From the NCBI RefSeq assembly GCF_013004595.1, contig NZ_JABEMC010000010.1, positions 1 through 64,000 of the forward strand: a DNA stretch of 64,000 nt, written 5' to 3'. This DNA is from Brevibacterium luteolum (GTDB taxonomy: Bacteria; Actinomycetota; Actinomycetes; Actinomycetales; Brevibacteriaceae). The notes under the pieces were generated by a model. That model did no database searches and was not told the DNA's origin. It was given only the letters and a program-made list of their open reading frames with translations. Positions within the stretch are counted from its first letter, which is position 1. Each line of letters starts with the position of its first letter. The translations under genes were made by a program, and so were the position numbers. Positions 48,924 through 58,819 of the stretch are shown in pieces.

Positions 48924-50446
48924 CCGCCACACACACGAGCACCGGCCAGGACTTCATCCTCCCGGACCTGGGCGAGGGTCTGACCGAGGCCGAGGTGGTG
49001 AGCTGGAAGGTCGAAGTCGGTGACACCGTCGCGATCGACGAGATCGTCGCCGAGGTCGAATCCGCCAAGAGCGTCGTCGACCTGCCCTGCCCCTATGCCG
49101 GTGTCGTCACCGCCCTGCACTTCGCCGAGGGCGACACCGTCCACGCCGGTCAGGCGATCCTGACGATCGGCGGCGAACACGGCAGCGCTGGAGGTAGCGC
49201 CGCCGGCAGCACTGGAGGCGGCGCCGCGGATGACGGTGCTGCTGACGGTGCGGGACCATCCGGCGGCGAGGACGTCGTGCCCGGCACGGCACTGCGCTCC
49301 ACCGACGGCGATGACACACCTCCCGCCCCCGGCGAGGAGAGCGAAGGCTCCGGTGCTGTGCTCATCGGCTACGGCACCAAGGAGGTCTCCGGCGCCACAC
49401 GCTCCGGCCGCCGCAGCTTCGGCAGGAAGACCGGTCACCAGGCCGCCCAGCCGCAGCCAGCAGCCCAAGCCCAGCCCTCGGCTGCGCCGGATACCGCGCC
49501 TGCCCCGGCCGCCCCGGGTGCCGCACCTGCCTCGGCTGAGGCGACCGGCGCCTCGGGCGCGGGGAAGTTCTCCCGCGTCGTCTCACCGCTGGTGCGCAAG
49601 ATGGCCGCCGACAACGGCTTCGTCGCCAAAGAGCTCACCGGCTCCGGACCCGGCGGCATGGTCATGCGCCGCGACGTCATGGACGAGATCGCCCGCCGCT
49701 CCGAAACCGGCACGCAGACAGGCGATACCGCGGCACCGGCTGCCACCGCCTCGGGTGCGGACACGGTCATCCCGCTGACCGGGCTGCGCAAGGTCGTCGC
49801 CGAACGGCTGTCCCGCTCGCGCCAGGAGGTCCCGGAGGCCACGATCTGGCTCGACGTTGACGCCACCGAGCTGCTGGCTGCCAAGAAGCAGCTCGAAGCC
49901 AAGCACGGCGAGAAGTTCTCGGTCATGTCGCTCGTCGCCCGGTTCGTCACCGCTGGCCTGCAGAAGTGGCCGATCCTCAACTCTTCTGTCGATGAGGCCG
50001 CCGGTGAGATCCGCGTGCATGCAGACGTCAACCTCGGGTTGGCCGCCGACACCCCGCGCGGGCTCATGGTCCCGGTCGTCCACGGTGCTGGCGGGATGAC
50101 ATTGCGGCAGCTGCGCGATGCGATCGGGGACAAGGTCGACAAGGCCTCAACCGGGCGCTTCGACCCCTCCGAACTGAGCGGCGGGACGTTCACGCTGAAC
50201 AACTACGGTGTGTTCGGCGTCGACGGATCGGCACCGATCATCAACCTGCCCGAAGTCGCGATGCTCGGCCTGGGCCGGATCAAGGAGCGGCCGTGGGTGG
50301 TCGACGGTGAGCTGACGGTGCGCAAGGTGATGTACCTGTCGTTCGTGTTCGACCACCGGGTGTGCGATGGCCGTGAGCCCAGCGAGTTCATCACCTTCAT
50401 CGCCGACTGCATCGAGAATCCCATCAGCTTCTTAGCTGATATCTGA
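48920..50446 (+). CDS. Dihydrolipoamide acyltransferase E2
   Basis: LPDLGEGLTEA, ESAKS lipoyl Lys, GSGPGG, FDHRVCDG. Confidence 0.95.
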   Translation: MTATHTSTGQDFILPDLGEGLTEAEVVSWKVEVGDTVAIDEIVAEVESAKSVVDLPCPYAGVVTALHFAEGDTVHAGQAILTIGGEHGSAGGSAAGSTGGGAADDGAADGAGPSGGEDVVPGTALRSTDGDDTPPAPGEESEGSGAVLIGYGTKEVSGATRSGRRSFGRKTGHQAAQPQPAAQAQPSAAPDTAPAPAAPGAAPASAEATGASGAGKFSRVVSPLVRKMAADNGFVAKELTGSGPGGMVMRRDVMDEIARRSETGTQTGDTAAPAATASGADTVIPLTGLRKVVAERLSRSRQEVPEATIWLDVDATELLAAKKQLEAKHGEKFSVMSLVARFVTAGLQKWPILNSSVDEAAGEIRVHADVNLGLAADTPRGLMVPVVHGAGGMTLRQLRDAIGDKVDKASTGRFDPSELSGGTFTLNNYGVFGVDGSAPIINLPEVAMLGLGRIKERPWVVDGELTVRKVMYLSFVFDHRVCDGREPSEFITFIADCIENPISFLADI

Positions 50447-50523
50447 GCTCGACCGGCCGCCAGCTCACAGGCGAATTGCTGACGCAGATCGTGGCGTGCC
50501 CGCGCTCATAGGAGCACGGCTGG

Positions 50524-50563
50524 GCCCCGGTCGGAGATCCACGGGATCTCCGACCGGGGCTTT
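50524..50563. terminator. Intrinsic terminator between convergent operons
   Basis: GCCCCGGTCGGAGATCC-ACG-GGATCTCCGACCGGGGC followed by TTT. Confidence 0.85.
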
Positions 50564-50580
50564 GTGCTGTCGAGGCAGCG

Positions 50581-51990
50581 CTACACCCGGGCAGGACGAT
50601 CGACCATAGCGGCCGGTTTCGTTGCGAGCGAAACGACGATCAGCACGACGATGGCGATCGGAGCGGCGATGACCACCGAACGGACTTCTTCGGCGGGGCC
50701 GAAGACCTCCCATAGGATTGTCGCGATCCCGCCGATCAGCATGGATGCCACTGCTCCCGCAGCGCTGGCACGCTTCCAGAACAGCGCCGCCAACACCGTG
50801 GGCGTCACCGCGGCCCCGTACATCGTGTAGGCGTACATCTGCAGTTCCAGCAGCGTGGGGAAGAACTGGACCATGACGAAGGCGAGCACGGCAACTGCAG
50901 CCACTGCGATTCGGCCGACGACAACCTGGCTGCGCTCGTGCGACGGTTCGCGACGGCGCCCACGGAACACGAGGTCGTAGACGATGTTGCCTGAGCATGT
51001 GAGCAGGTACGACGAACCGGTTGTGACGATGAGCGCCAGGGCGGCAACCAGGAGCGTCGCCCCAACGACTGCAGGGGTGAAGTCCCCTGCCGCAAGCCCG
51101 AGGATCGCCATATCGGCTTCAGACGATGGGTTCACGATCGTCGCTGCCGAGGCCAGCAGTATGATTGGCGCCACCATGAATATCGCACCGATAAAGAACA
51201 ACCCGGTTGCCTTGCGTGCGCTCGCCGGGCTCTGCGCAGCGGCAAGGCGCTGGTGCATGTTCTGGTCGCCAAGTACCAGGAGGAAGAGTGGGAGGAAGTA
51301 ACCCAGGATCTGCAGCGGGGTCAGTTTTCCGGTCACTGTGCGGAATGCCGGGTCGAGCTGGTTGACGTAGCCGCCGAAGCCGCCCAGGTCATGCACGAAA
51401 ACGAAGTACAGCGTTGCCAGCAAACCGATGACGATCAGCGCTGAAGAGAGGAAGTCGGTCCACGCTACGGATTTCAGTCCGCCTGACAGTGACAAGAAGG
51501 TGATGACGACAACGGCGATGAGCGTGCCCTGCACCTCGGACAGAGGTGTGATGAGGGTGAAGATGTAGCCTGCCCCGGTGAACTGGTACGCGGCGATCCC
51601 GATGAATGCGACGAGGACGACGATCGTACCGATGACACCCGTGGCCTGACCAAACCGTGCACGCAGCAGTTCTGGCACGGTGTGGAAGGAATTCTCGCGC
51701 ACTTTCTTCGCCATCAGAGACAGCGCGATGATTCCGACGAACGTGCCCAGGAAGAAGAAGACTCCCGGAATCGGCCCATTGGCGAAGATGAAGCTCGCTC
51801 CGCCGATGATCGAACCGGAACCGACGAAAGTCGCGAGCAGAGTGCCAGCGAGCACCCACGGTGGCAGGGATTGCCCGGCCAACATAAAATCCTCGCCGTC
51901 CTTCATCGCCGACTTACGAGAGAACCACGCAGCAACAAGGACCATGAGCAGTAGGTACCCGACCAGGACACTGATATTCACCACGGACAC
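50581..51990 (-). CDS. Sodium:solute symporter family protein
   Basis: DFMLAGQSL, LLATFVGSG, GGLKSVAWTD, HQRLAAA. Confidence 0.92.
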   Translation of the reverse strand: MSVVNISVLVGYLLLMVLVAAWFSRKSAMKDGEDFMLAGQSLPPWVLAGTLLATFVGSGSIIGGASFIFANGPIPGVFFFLGTFVGIIALSLMAKKVRENSFHTVPELLRARFGQATGVIGTIVVLVAFIGIAAYQFTGAGYIFTLITPLSEVQGTLIAVVVITFLSLSGGLKSVAWTDFLSSALIVIGLLATLYFVFVHDLGGFGGYVNQLDPAFRTVTGKLTPLQILGYFLPLFLLVLGDQNMHQRLAAAQSPASARKATGLFFIGAIFMVAPIILLASAATIVNPSSEADMAILGLAAGDFTPAVVGATLLVAALALIVTTGSSYLLTCSGNIVYDLVFRGRRREPSHERSQVVVGRIAVAAVAVLAFVMVQFFPTLLELQMYAYTMYGAAVTPTVLAALFWKRASAAGAVASMLIGGIATILWEVFGPAEEVRSVVIAAPIAIVVLIVVSLATKPAAMVDRPARV

Positions 51991-52049
51991 GGATCCTCCT
52001 CAGTTCGGCTGATAAGCATGCGTGAATAGTTACACGAATCACACCGTGG

Positions 52050-52065
52050 TGCAAGGACTTTTGCA
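52050..52065. promoter_or_regulatory. TGCAA-N6-TTGCA operator upstream of the SSS gene
   Basis: TGCAAGGACTTTTGCA; second copy at 52970-52985. Confidence 0.6.
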
Positions 52066-52079
52066 GACTGCCCCGAGCG

Positions 52080-52964
52080 TCAGTCGAGAATCGCAGAAAC
52101 GTCCAACGCAGTCGGATCGTCCTTCACGACGCCAAGCCCATGCCAAAGCTGATCGACACGACGCAGGCTCTTCTCGACGTTCTCGCGATGTTCAGTGGCG
52201 ATGAGCTTGAGCACTGCCTGCACAACAGAGAACACTCCCGTCATCGACGGAAGGTACCGAGGACTTCCGCTCGACACGAGAATGGAGTGGTCGGCGGCTT
52301 CAGTCACAGCAGTCGAACGATCGGCGATGACGAGCAGAGGCACACCTCGAGAGGCGGCCTCCAGTGCCAGCTGATTGATGACGTCGGTGGTCTTCCAGAC
52401 GTTGAAGACCACGAGCACATCGTCTTCTCCGAGCCGCCTGGCGGCATTGATCTGCGCCGTGGCTGACCCGGCGTATTGCTCGACATTGAACCCGAAAAGC
52501 TGCGCACCATGCGCCAGCACACCGCCTGGCCCGGAACAGTAACCGGTCGCCAGGACCGCCGTACTGCGAGCCGAGGCGATCATCCGAGCGGCCGCAACCA
52601 TCTCGTCTTCGTCGATCGCCTCCAGCAGGAGCTCAAGCATCCGAATGTCTTCGGCGATCGAAGAACTCACTGTGCGATCAAAAGCAGCTTCACTCTGGCC
52701 CATAATGCGATCAGCAGTGAGGGTAGCGAGATAGTGGCCACGCAGGTCGGTCACGAAGTCCGGCCAGCCGCGATACCCCAGGTACTGAGCACAGCGCGTC
52801 GCTGAAGCAACGTTGACCCCGGCCATTGTCGCGACCTGCTGCGCAGTCGCGAACGCGGCAGTCTCAGGTTCAGACGAGATGACACCGAGCACACGCGCAA
52901 TCGCCGGAGAGGGAGTCCGGTCTCCAATGAGCTTCTCTATCCAGAGCACGGTGCCATCAGCCAT
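52080..52964 (-). CDS. MurR/RpiR-family regulator (HTH plus SIS)
   Basis: VATMAGVNVASATRCAQYLGYRGW HTH; SIS domain. Confidence 0.88.
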   Translation of the reverse strand: MADGTVLWIEKLIGDRTPSPAIARVLGVISSEPETAAFATAQQVATMAGVNVASATRCAQYLGYRGWPDFVTDLRGHYLATLTADRIMGQSEAAFDRTVSSSIAEDIRMLELLLEAIDEDEMVAAARMIASARSTAVLATGYCSGPGGVLAHGAQLFGFNVEQYAGSATAQINAARRLGEDDVLVVFNVWKTTDVINQLALEAASRGVPLLVIADRSTAVTEAADHSILVSSGSPRYLPSMTGVFSVVQAVLKLIATEHRENVEKSLRRVDQLWHGLGVVKDDPTALDVSAILD

Positions 52965-52969
52965 CGTAT

Positions 52970-52985
52970 TGCAAACACCTTTGCA
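52970..52985. promoter_or_regulatory. TGCAA-N6-TTGCA operator in the rpiR/amidohydrolase divergent promoter
   Basis: TGCAAACACCTTTGCA. Confidence 0.6.
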
Positions 52986-53045
52986 GCAGGTTACGTTTGA
53001 TCCAGACACAGCAGCTACCGCTTATCTGTCGGCAGGAGAGACCGG

Positions 53046-54272
53046 ATGCACCTAGATGAATCAATCACTGCTATCACCAACGTGCGGATTCTCGATCCAG
53101 TCACCGAAACCGTGTCTGAACCGCAGTCTATCCAGATCAACGGTGATCGGATTTCGAGCATCAGTGCGGCAAACAACGAGTCCGACTCCTCAATCGATGC
53201 CGGAGGAGCGATCGCGATACCCGGTCTCATCGACTGTCACGTTCACGTTCTGGCCAATACTGCAGACCTTGGACGCCTGGGTGATGAGTCGCCTGCATAC
53301 CTGACCGCGTCGGCCATCAACACGATGCAAGGTGCTCTCCGACGCGGTTTCACAACGCTTCGGGATGCCGGAGGTGCGGACTTCGGGCTGGCCAGGGCAG
53401 CTGCAGAGCAGCTATTCCTTGCACCTCGGCTGTTCTTCGGCGGGAAGGCTCTGTCTCAAACCGGCGGCCATGCCGATATGCGCGGACCGGGGACGTCCAT
53501 CGTCGACCAGCACCAGTGCTGCCCGCACATTGGGACGGTGTGCGACGGCGTCGATGAAGTCCGCAAGGCCGCTCGCATGCAGTTGCGGACAGGTGCGGAC
53601 CACATCAAGATCATGCTCTCGGGCGGCGTCGCTTCGCCAACCGACCGAATCGACTCTACACAGTTCTCTGATGAGGAGATTCGGGCCGCCGTCGAAGAGG
53701 CAGCCGCTTCAAACCGCTACGTTCTCGGACACGCCTACACTGCCCGCGCGATCAACCGTGGGCTGAAGCTCGGGGTCCGCTCTATCGAGCACGGCAACCT
53801 TCTCGATGACGAGAGCATCAGACTCTTCACTGAGAACGACGCGTTCCTCGTGCCGACTCTTGTGACTTATGAACGGTTGAAGGCCGAAGGAGTCCGCCAC
53901 GGACTGCCGCAGGCAAGCGCCGACAAGGTCGACAGTGTGCTCTACGCAGGCCTGAAGGCACTCGAAGCCGCGGATCAGGGCGGGGTCAACATCGCGTACG
54001 GCTCTGACCTGCTGGGTGACATGTGGAAATGGCAGAGCAAAGAGTTCGAGATCCGTTCGCAAGTCCAGTCCGCTGGTGCCGTCCTGCGTTCTGCGACAAC
54101 AGTGGCCGCTCGCCTGTTGGATCAGGAAGGCGAACTCGGAATCATCCGCGAAGGCGCTCAGGCCGATATTGTCCTCTTGAACGCCAATCCGCTCGATGAC
54201 ATTACTGTGCTGGCGGAACCGCAGAAGTCGGTGCGTCACGTTTTCGTCCGCGGAGGCCTGGTTCACGCATAA
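53046..54272 (+). CDS. Metal-dependent amidohydrolase (Xaa-Pro dipeptidase-like)
   Basis: PGLIDCHVH, GFTTLRDAGG, IKIM, GHAY, SIEHG, GSD. Confidence 0.92.
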   Translation: MHLDESITAITNVRILDPVTETVSEPQSIQINGDRISSISAANNESDSSIDAGGAIAIPGLIDCHVHVLANTADLGRLGDESPAYLTASAINTMQGALRRGFTTLRDAGGADFGLARAAAEQLFLAPRLFFGGKALSQTGGHADMRGPGTSIVDQHQCCPHIGTVCDGVDEVRKAARMQLRTGADHIKIMLSGGVASPTDRIDSTQFSDEEIRAAVEEAAASNRYVLGHAYTARAINRGLKLGVRSIEHGNLLDDESIRLFTENDAFLVPTLVTYERLKAEGVRHGLPQASADKVDSVLYAGLKALEAADQGGVNIAYGSDLLGDMWKWQSKEFEIRSQVQSAGAVLRSATTVAARLLDQEGELGIIREGAQADIVLLNANPLDDITVLAEPQKSVRHVFVRGGLVHA

Positions 54273-54397
54273 CCGATATAACTGCGGAGCGCTCATGCTA
54301 ATGGGCACGATTGCTGTCGACGGCTTCGTGGGACACCGATGATCAGTACCGCGGGACGCGAAGTCGTGTGTTGCTAAGGCCGGCAACCGTTGCCGGC

Positions 54398-56206
54398 TCA
54401 GCGCACGACTTCGCGCAGGTTGCCGTCCAGCCGGCGGGTCCAGCCGCGGGAGTCGAGGTGTTCGAGCAGCGGGATCGCGATCCGGCGGGTGGTGCCGAGT
54501 GCCTGCCGGGCCTGGCTGGCGGTGAAGGGCTGGTCGAGTGCGGCCAGCACCCGCATCGCCTGGGCCGGTGCGCTCGGGAGCAGCACCACGCCCTCAGAGA
54601 TGCGGATGAGCCGGCCGGTCCGTTCGGCAGCCGCGAGCTCCCTGGAACCCAGGTTCAGCCGAGCCAGATCGTCGGCTTCCGGAGCGCTGAAGGGGCTGGC
54701 TGCCAGCTGCCGTTCGAGTGCGGCGATGCCCTTCTCCGCCCGGCCCAAATCAGCCCGCTGCTGCAGCGGGCGGATGAGCCCGTCGCGCTGCCGGAGCCTG
54801 GCGGCTTTGATGACGGCATCGAGCAGCTCTGCGTGCGGCAGTTCGAGAGCATGCGCGGCAGCCTGACGGCTGAGGCCTGGTGAGAGCGCATCGGTTTTAA
54901 GGTGGGCGGCAAGCAGCTGCCGCAGGCGAGACGCCCAGGTGCGCACCGCCTCGGCGGTGGCCAGCCAGTCGCCGATCGCAACGACGCCTGCCGGCAGCTG
55001 GACCCCAGCAAGCTCACCGATGTCGAATCCGAAGCGCCGAAGCGTCTCCACGCGCACTGCCTGCCGGCGGGTGACCTCGGCTGCCACCGACCCGCCAGCC
55101 GGCAGTTCGGCCAACGCCTCGGCGCGCCTGTGCCCGGCCCCGCGGCGGGTCAGGGCCGGCGGGTCGAGGTCGAGGACCTGCACGCCGGCAACCACCATCT
55201 TCGCCCCGGAGTCGCGCAGCACCATTCGATCACCGAGCTGCAGGGGCAGCGGCCGGCTGAGCTGCAGCCGCGCATGATCGGCATCGAAGGGCCGCAGCCT
55301 GGCCCCGATCGCAGCAGTGCCGATGTGGACGGTGATGTGCTCGCTGCCCTCATCGAGCGCCCCGCCTGAAGCCCATCGGACATCGACGGTGTCGGTGATC
55401 CACCAGTCGGCGGAGATGAGCGCGTCCCCACGGTGCACTTCGGCTGCCGGCATGCCGCGCAGGTTCAGTGCCGCCCGGCTCACCGGTTCGAGCACCTCGG
55501 ACTGCTGACCGCGGGACTGCAGCCCGCGGACGGTGACCTCATTCGGCTCGCCGGTCTCTTGCCCGATGAGCTGCAGCCGCTCACCTGCCCGCACCGTGCC
55601 GCCGGCGAGCGTGCCGGTGATAACCGTGCCCGACCCTGCGATCGTGAACGCCCGGTCGACCCACAGGCGCAGCCGGGTGTGAGGGTCCGGCTCCGGCAGC
55701 CCGGCAAGCACTCCGTCAAGAGCCCCGCGCACCTCGTCGAGTCCCTCACCGGTGACGCCGGAGCAGGCGACGATCGGTGCAGCGGCCAATCCGGTCCCGC
55801 GCAGTTCGGCACGCGCCCGGGCCGTCACCTCGGGCACGGCGTCCGGGGCGCGGTCACGGCGGGTGATGACGATCAGACCTGCCGTGATGCCGAGGGCTGC
55901 AATCGCGTCGCGGTGCTCGCTCGACTGCGCCTGCCAGCCTTCATCGGCGGCGATGACGAAACAGACGACGGGGACGGGTCCGAGGCCGGCGAGCATATTG
56001 CCGACGTAGCGTTCGTGGCCGGGCACGTCGACGAAGGCGACCTGGCGGCCAGACGGCAGGGCCGTCCACGCGAAGCCGAGGTCGATGGTCAGCCCGCGTT
56101 TGCGCTCTTCAGCCCACCGGTCGGGTTCGATTCCGGTCAGTGCCCGCACGAGCGTCGATTTGCCGTGGTCGACGTGCCCGGCGGTGGCGATGACGAAGCT
56201 GCTCAT
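54398..56206 (-). CDS. selB: Selenocysteine-specific elongation factor
   Basis: TAGHVDHGKS, RGLTIDLGF, DVPGHE, C-terminal TTRRIAIPLLEHLD. Confidence 0.96.
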   Translation of the reverse strand: MSSFVIATAGHVDHGKSTLVRALTGIEPDRWAEERKRGLTIDLGFAWTALPSGRQVAFVDVPGHERYVGNMLAGLGPVPVVCFVIAADEGWQAQSSEHRDAIAALGITAGLIVITRRDRAPDAVPEVTARARAELRGTGLAAAPIVACSGVTGEGLDEVRGALDGVLAGLPEPDPHTRLRLWVDRAFTIAGSGTVITGTLAGGTVRAGERLQLIGQETGEPNEVTVRGLQSRGQQSEVLEPVSRAALNLRGMPAAEVHRGDALISADWWITDTVDVRWASGGALDEGSEHITVHIGTAAIGARLRPFDADHARLQLSRPLPLQLGDRMVLRDSGAKMVVAGVQVLDLDPPALTRRGAGHRRAEALAELPAGGSVAAEVTRRQAVRVETLRRFGFDIGELAGVQLPAGVVAIGDWLATAEAVRTWASRLRQLLAAHLKTDALSPGLSRQAAAHALELPHAELLDAVIKAARLRQRDGLIRPLQQRADLGRAEKGIAALERQLAASPFSAPEADDLARLNLGSRELAAAERTGRLIRISEGVVLLPSAPAQAMRVLAALDQPFTASQARQALGTTRRIAIPLLEHLDSRGWTRRLDGNLREVVR

Positions 56207-57552
56207 CTGCCGTTCCCGAGGCGGCCGCCGGCAGCCCTGATGGCATCGGCGAGTGCCGGGTCCTGGTCTGCGGGGATGCAGCGCAGGTCGATGAGGCAGC
56301 TGCCGTCATGCACGCGCGGCAGGACGGCCGGGTCGCCGGTGCGCAGGGCTGGGGCGAAGTCCTCGGGCAGGGCGAGCGCCCAGCCCGGCAGCGGCACCCC
56401 GGTGCCGCCACCGCCGCCTACCCGGCCGTCATGTGCCACGACGGTGCCGCCGACCTGCGCGGTGAGGGCGTCGGTGCGGCGGCGCAGCTCAGCAGGGTCG
56501 GCGTGCAGCATCGCATGCACCGGGCTGGTGCCGGCACGCAGCGTAGCGTCGAGTGCGGCGAGGGTGAGCTTGTCGGCGCGGACGGCGCGGGCCAGCGGGT
56601 GACGGGCGAGCCGGGCGATCGTCTCAGAGGTGCCGAGCAGCAGCCCGGCCTGCGGGCCGCCGAGGAGTTTGTCACCGGAGGCGATGACGGCATCGGCTCC
56701 CGCCGCCAGGGCCGCCTCGATGCTCGGCTCGTCCGGCAGGACGGGATCGGCGCTCAGCAGTCCGGAGCCGACGTCGACGATGAGGGGCACGGAGTGCTCA
56801 CGGCACAGTGCGGCGAGCGCGGCGGTCTCGACGGCGGCGGTGAAGCCGGTGAGCGCGAAGTTCGAGGGGTGGACTTTGAGCACGCAGCCGGCTCCAGCGT
56901 CGAGGGCGGTGGCGTAGTCCTCTGGGTGGGTGCGATTCGTGGTGCCGACTTCGCGCAGCTGCGTGCCGGCAGCGGTGATGAGGTCGGAGAGCCGGAAGCC
57001 GGCACCGATCTCGATGAACTCCCCGCGGCTGATGACGATCCCACCGTGGCCGGGTCCCTCCTGCCCGCCTCCGCCGGCTGCCGGTCCCCCGCCCAGTGCG
57101 GTGGCGGCCAGCAGCAGCGCGGCCGCGCCGTTGTTGACGATGAGCGCATCCTCGGCATGCGGGCAGCGCTGCAGCAGGGCCGCCCGTGCTGCGGCTCCGC
57201 GCCGGGACCGGGCGCCGGAAGGCAGGTCGAGTTCGACGTCGACGTACCCTGCGGCATCGGCCAGGGCCTGCTGGGCGGGCTCGCCCAAGGGGGCGCGGCC
57301 GAGGTTGGTGTGGATGATGACGCCGGTGGCGTTGAGCACCGGGGTCAGGGAGGAGGCCCGCTGGGAGCCGACGGCCTCAAGCACCGTCTCGACCACCTCG
57401 GCGGCGGGGATCTCCCCGCGGCGGGCACGGGCCTGGGCGGCGCGCACGAGCCCGAGCACCACGCTGCGGCCGAGTGAGCGGCTGGCGGCGATGAGCTGCG
57501 GATGCTCCATGAGCCGGTCGGTGCGCGGGATGGCGCGACGCGGGTCCTCCAC
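56203..57552 (-). CDS. selA: L-seryl-tRNA(Sec) selenium transferase
   Basis: NATGVIIHTNLGRAP, VNNGAAA, EVGTTN, SGDKLLGGPQAG. Confidence 0.96.
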   Translation of the reverse strand: MEDPRRAIPRTDRLMEHPQLIAASRSLGRSVVLGLVRAAQARARRGEIPAAEVVETVLEAVGSQRASSLTPVLNATGVIIHTNLGRAPLGEPAQQALADAAGYVDVELDLPSGARSRRGAAARAALLQRCPHAEDALIVNNGAAALLLAATALGGGPAAGGGGQEGPGHGGIVISRGEFIEIGAGFRLSDLITAAGTQLREVGTTNRTHPEDYATALDAGAGCVLKVHPSNFALTGFTAAVETAALAALCREHSVPLIVDVGSGLLSADPVLPDEPSIEAALAAGADAVIASGDKLLGGPQAGLLLGTSETIARLARHPLARAVRADKLTLAALDATLRAGTSPVHAMLHADPAELRRRTDALTAQVGGTVVAHDGRVGGGGGTGVPLPGWALALPEDFAPALRTGDPAVLPRVHDGSCLIDLRCIPADQDPALADAIRAAGGRLGNGR

Positions 57553-57576
57553 GATCCTCCTCGACTCTGAAGCCAG

Positions 57577-57671
57577 TGGCGGAGGCGGACGGGAATCGAA
57601 CCCGCCAGACCGAGGTGCTCGGTCTCACCGGTTTTGAAGACCGGGGGGCCCACCAGGACCCGGACGCCTCC
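57577..57671 (-). tRNA. selC: tRNA-Sec (anticodon UCA), 95 nt
   Basis: GGAGGCGT...GGTCTTCAAAACCGG...long variable arm...GGTTCGATTCCCGTCCGCCTCCGCCA; located between selA and selD. Confidence 0.96.
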
Positions 57672-57705
57672 GCGCTCCAACCTACCACCACCTATACTCG
57701 CGGGC

Positions 57706-58755
57706 ATGGACATCACAGATGCACACACGTCCTCACCTCGACTGACATCGTTGGCCGCCGGCGGCGGCTGTGCGTGCAAGATCCCTCCCGGTGAGCTCGA
57801 AGACGCACTCGCAGCGCTCACCGGCCAGACCGGCCCTGATGTGCTCGTCGGCCTCGATGACGGCGATGATGCCGCCGCCGTGCAGATCCGCGGGGATCTG
57901 GCGGTGCTCTCAACAGCTGATTTCTTCACCCCGGTCGTCGACTCCGCCTACGACTGGGGGCGGATCGCTGCGGCGAATGCGCTCTCGGACATCTACGCGA
58001 TGGGCGGGGTGCCTGTCGTGGCGATCAACCTCATCGGCTGGCCGCGCGAGGTGCTGCCGATGGAGCTCATGAGCGAGGTGCTCGCCGGCGGGGTCGCGGT
58101 CGCCGAGGAGGTCGGCTGCCCGGTCATCGGCGGGCATTCGATCACCGCACCCGAACCGATCTACGGAATGGCTGTCACCGGGACCGCAGACCCGTCCCGG
58201 CTGCTGCGCAATGACGCCGCCGAGGCGGGTCTGCCGCTCACGTTGACGAAACCGCTGGGCGTGGGTGTGCTGAACAATCGGCACAAGGCCACTGGCGAGG
58301 TGTTCGATGAGGCGATCGAGACGATGACGACACTCAATGCCACCGCCTCGGCTGCCGCACTCGAGGCCGGGGTCACCGCCGCGACCGATGTCACCGGGTT
58401 CGGGCTGCTCGGGCATCTGCACAAGATGTGCCGGGCTTCCGGCATCGGCGCGGAGATCGACATGGCCGCCGTGCCGGTGCTCGATGCCGCGGTGCGCAGT
58501 CTGGCCGAGGGGTTTGTGCCCGGTGGGACGAGGCGCAATCTCGACTGGGTGCGCTCGGAGCTCGACGGTTCTTCTGCTGCCGACGGTTCCCGTTCGGTCG
58601 GCACTCTCGAGGTGGGTGCCGGGGTGAGCGAGGAGGACGTGCTCATGCTCGCCGATGCGCAGACGTCCGGTGGGCTGCTCGTCGTCGGTGAGCTGCCCGG
58701 CCACCCGGTCATCGGCGTCACCCGCGCCGAGCCTGGCATCAGCATCCGGCGGTAG
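57706..58755 (+). CDS. selD: Selenide, water dikinase (Cys-type)
   Basis: GGGCACKI, DDAAA, ADFFTPVVD, ANALSDIYAMGG, TDVTGFGLLGH, DAQTSGGLL. Confidence 0.96.
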   Translation: MDITDAHTSSPRLTSLAAGGGCACKIPPGELEDALAALTGQTGPDVLVGLDDGDDAAAVQIRGDLAVLSTADFFTPVVDSAYDWGRIAAANALSDIYAMGGVPVVAINLIGWPREVLPMELMSEVLAGGVAVAEEVGCPVIGGHSITAPEPIYGMAVTGTADPSRLLRNDAAEAGLPLTLTKPLGVGVLNNRHKATGEVFDEAIETMTTLNATASAAALEAGVTAATDVTGFGLLGHLHKMCRASGIGAEIDMAAVPVLDAAVRSLAEGFVPGGTRRNLDWVRSELDGSSAADGSRSVGTLEVGAGVSEEDVLMLADAQTSGGLLVVGELPGHPVIGVTRAEPGISIRR

Positions 58756-58819
58756 TGCGCACAGCCTGAGTGCCGCTGGAGTTCGAGCGCATCAGAGGTG
58801 TCGGCGATAGGTTGGACAG

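Noticed and set aside
57748..57783. SelD as a selenoprotein
   Set aside because: The active-site motif is encoded TGT GCG TGC AAG (CACK) with no TGA.
58788..58819. PafBC/RecA-NDp-type promoter before recQ (TGTCGG...TAGGTT)
   Set aside because: Spacing between TGTCGG and TAnnnT does not fit the roughly 10-nt consensus.
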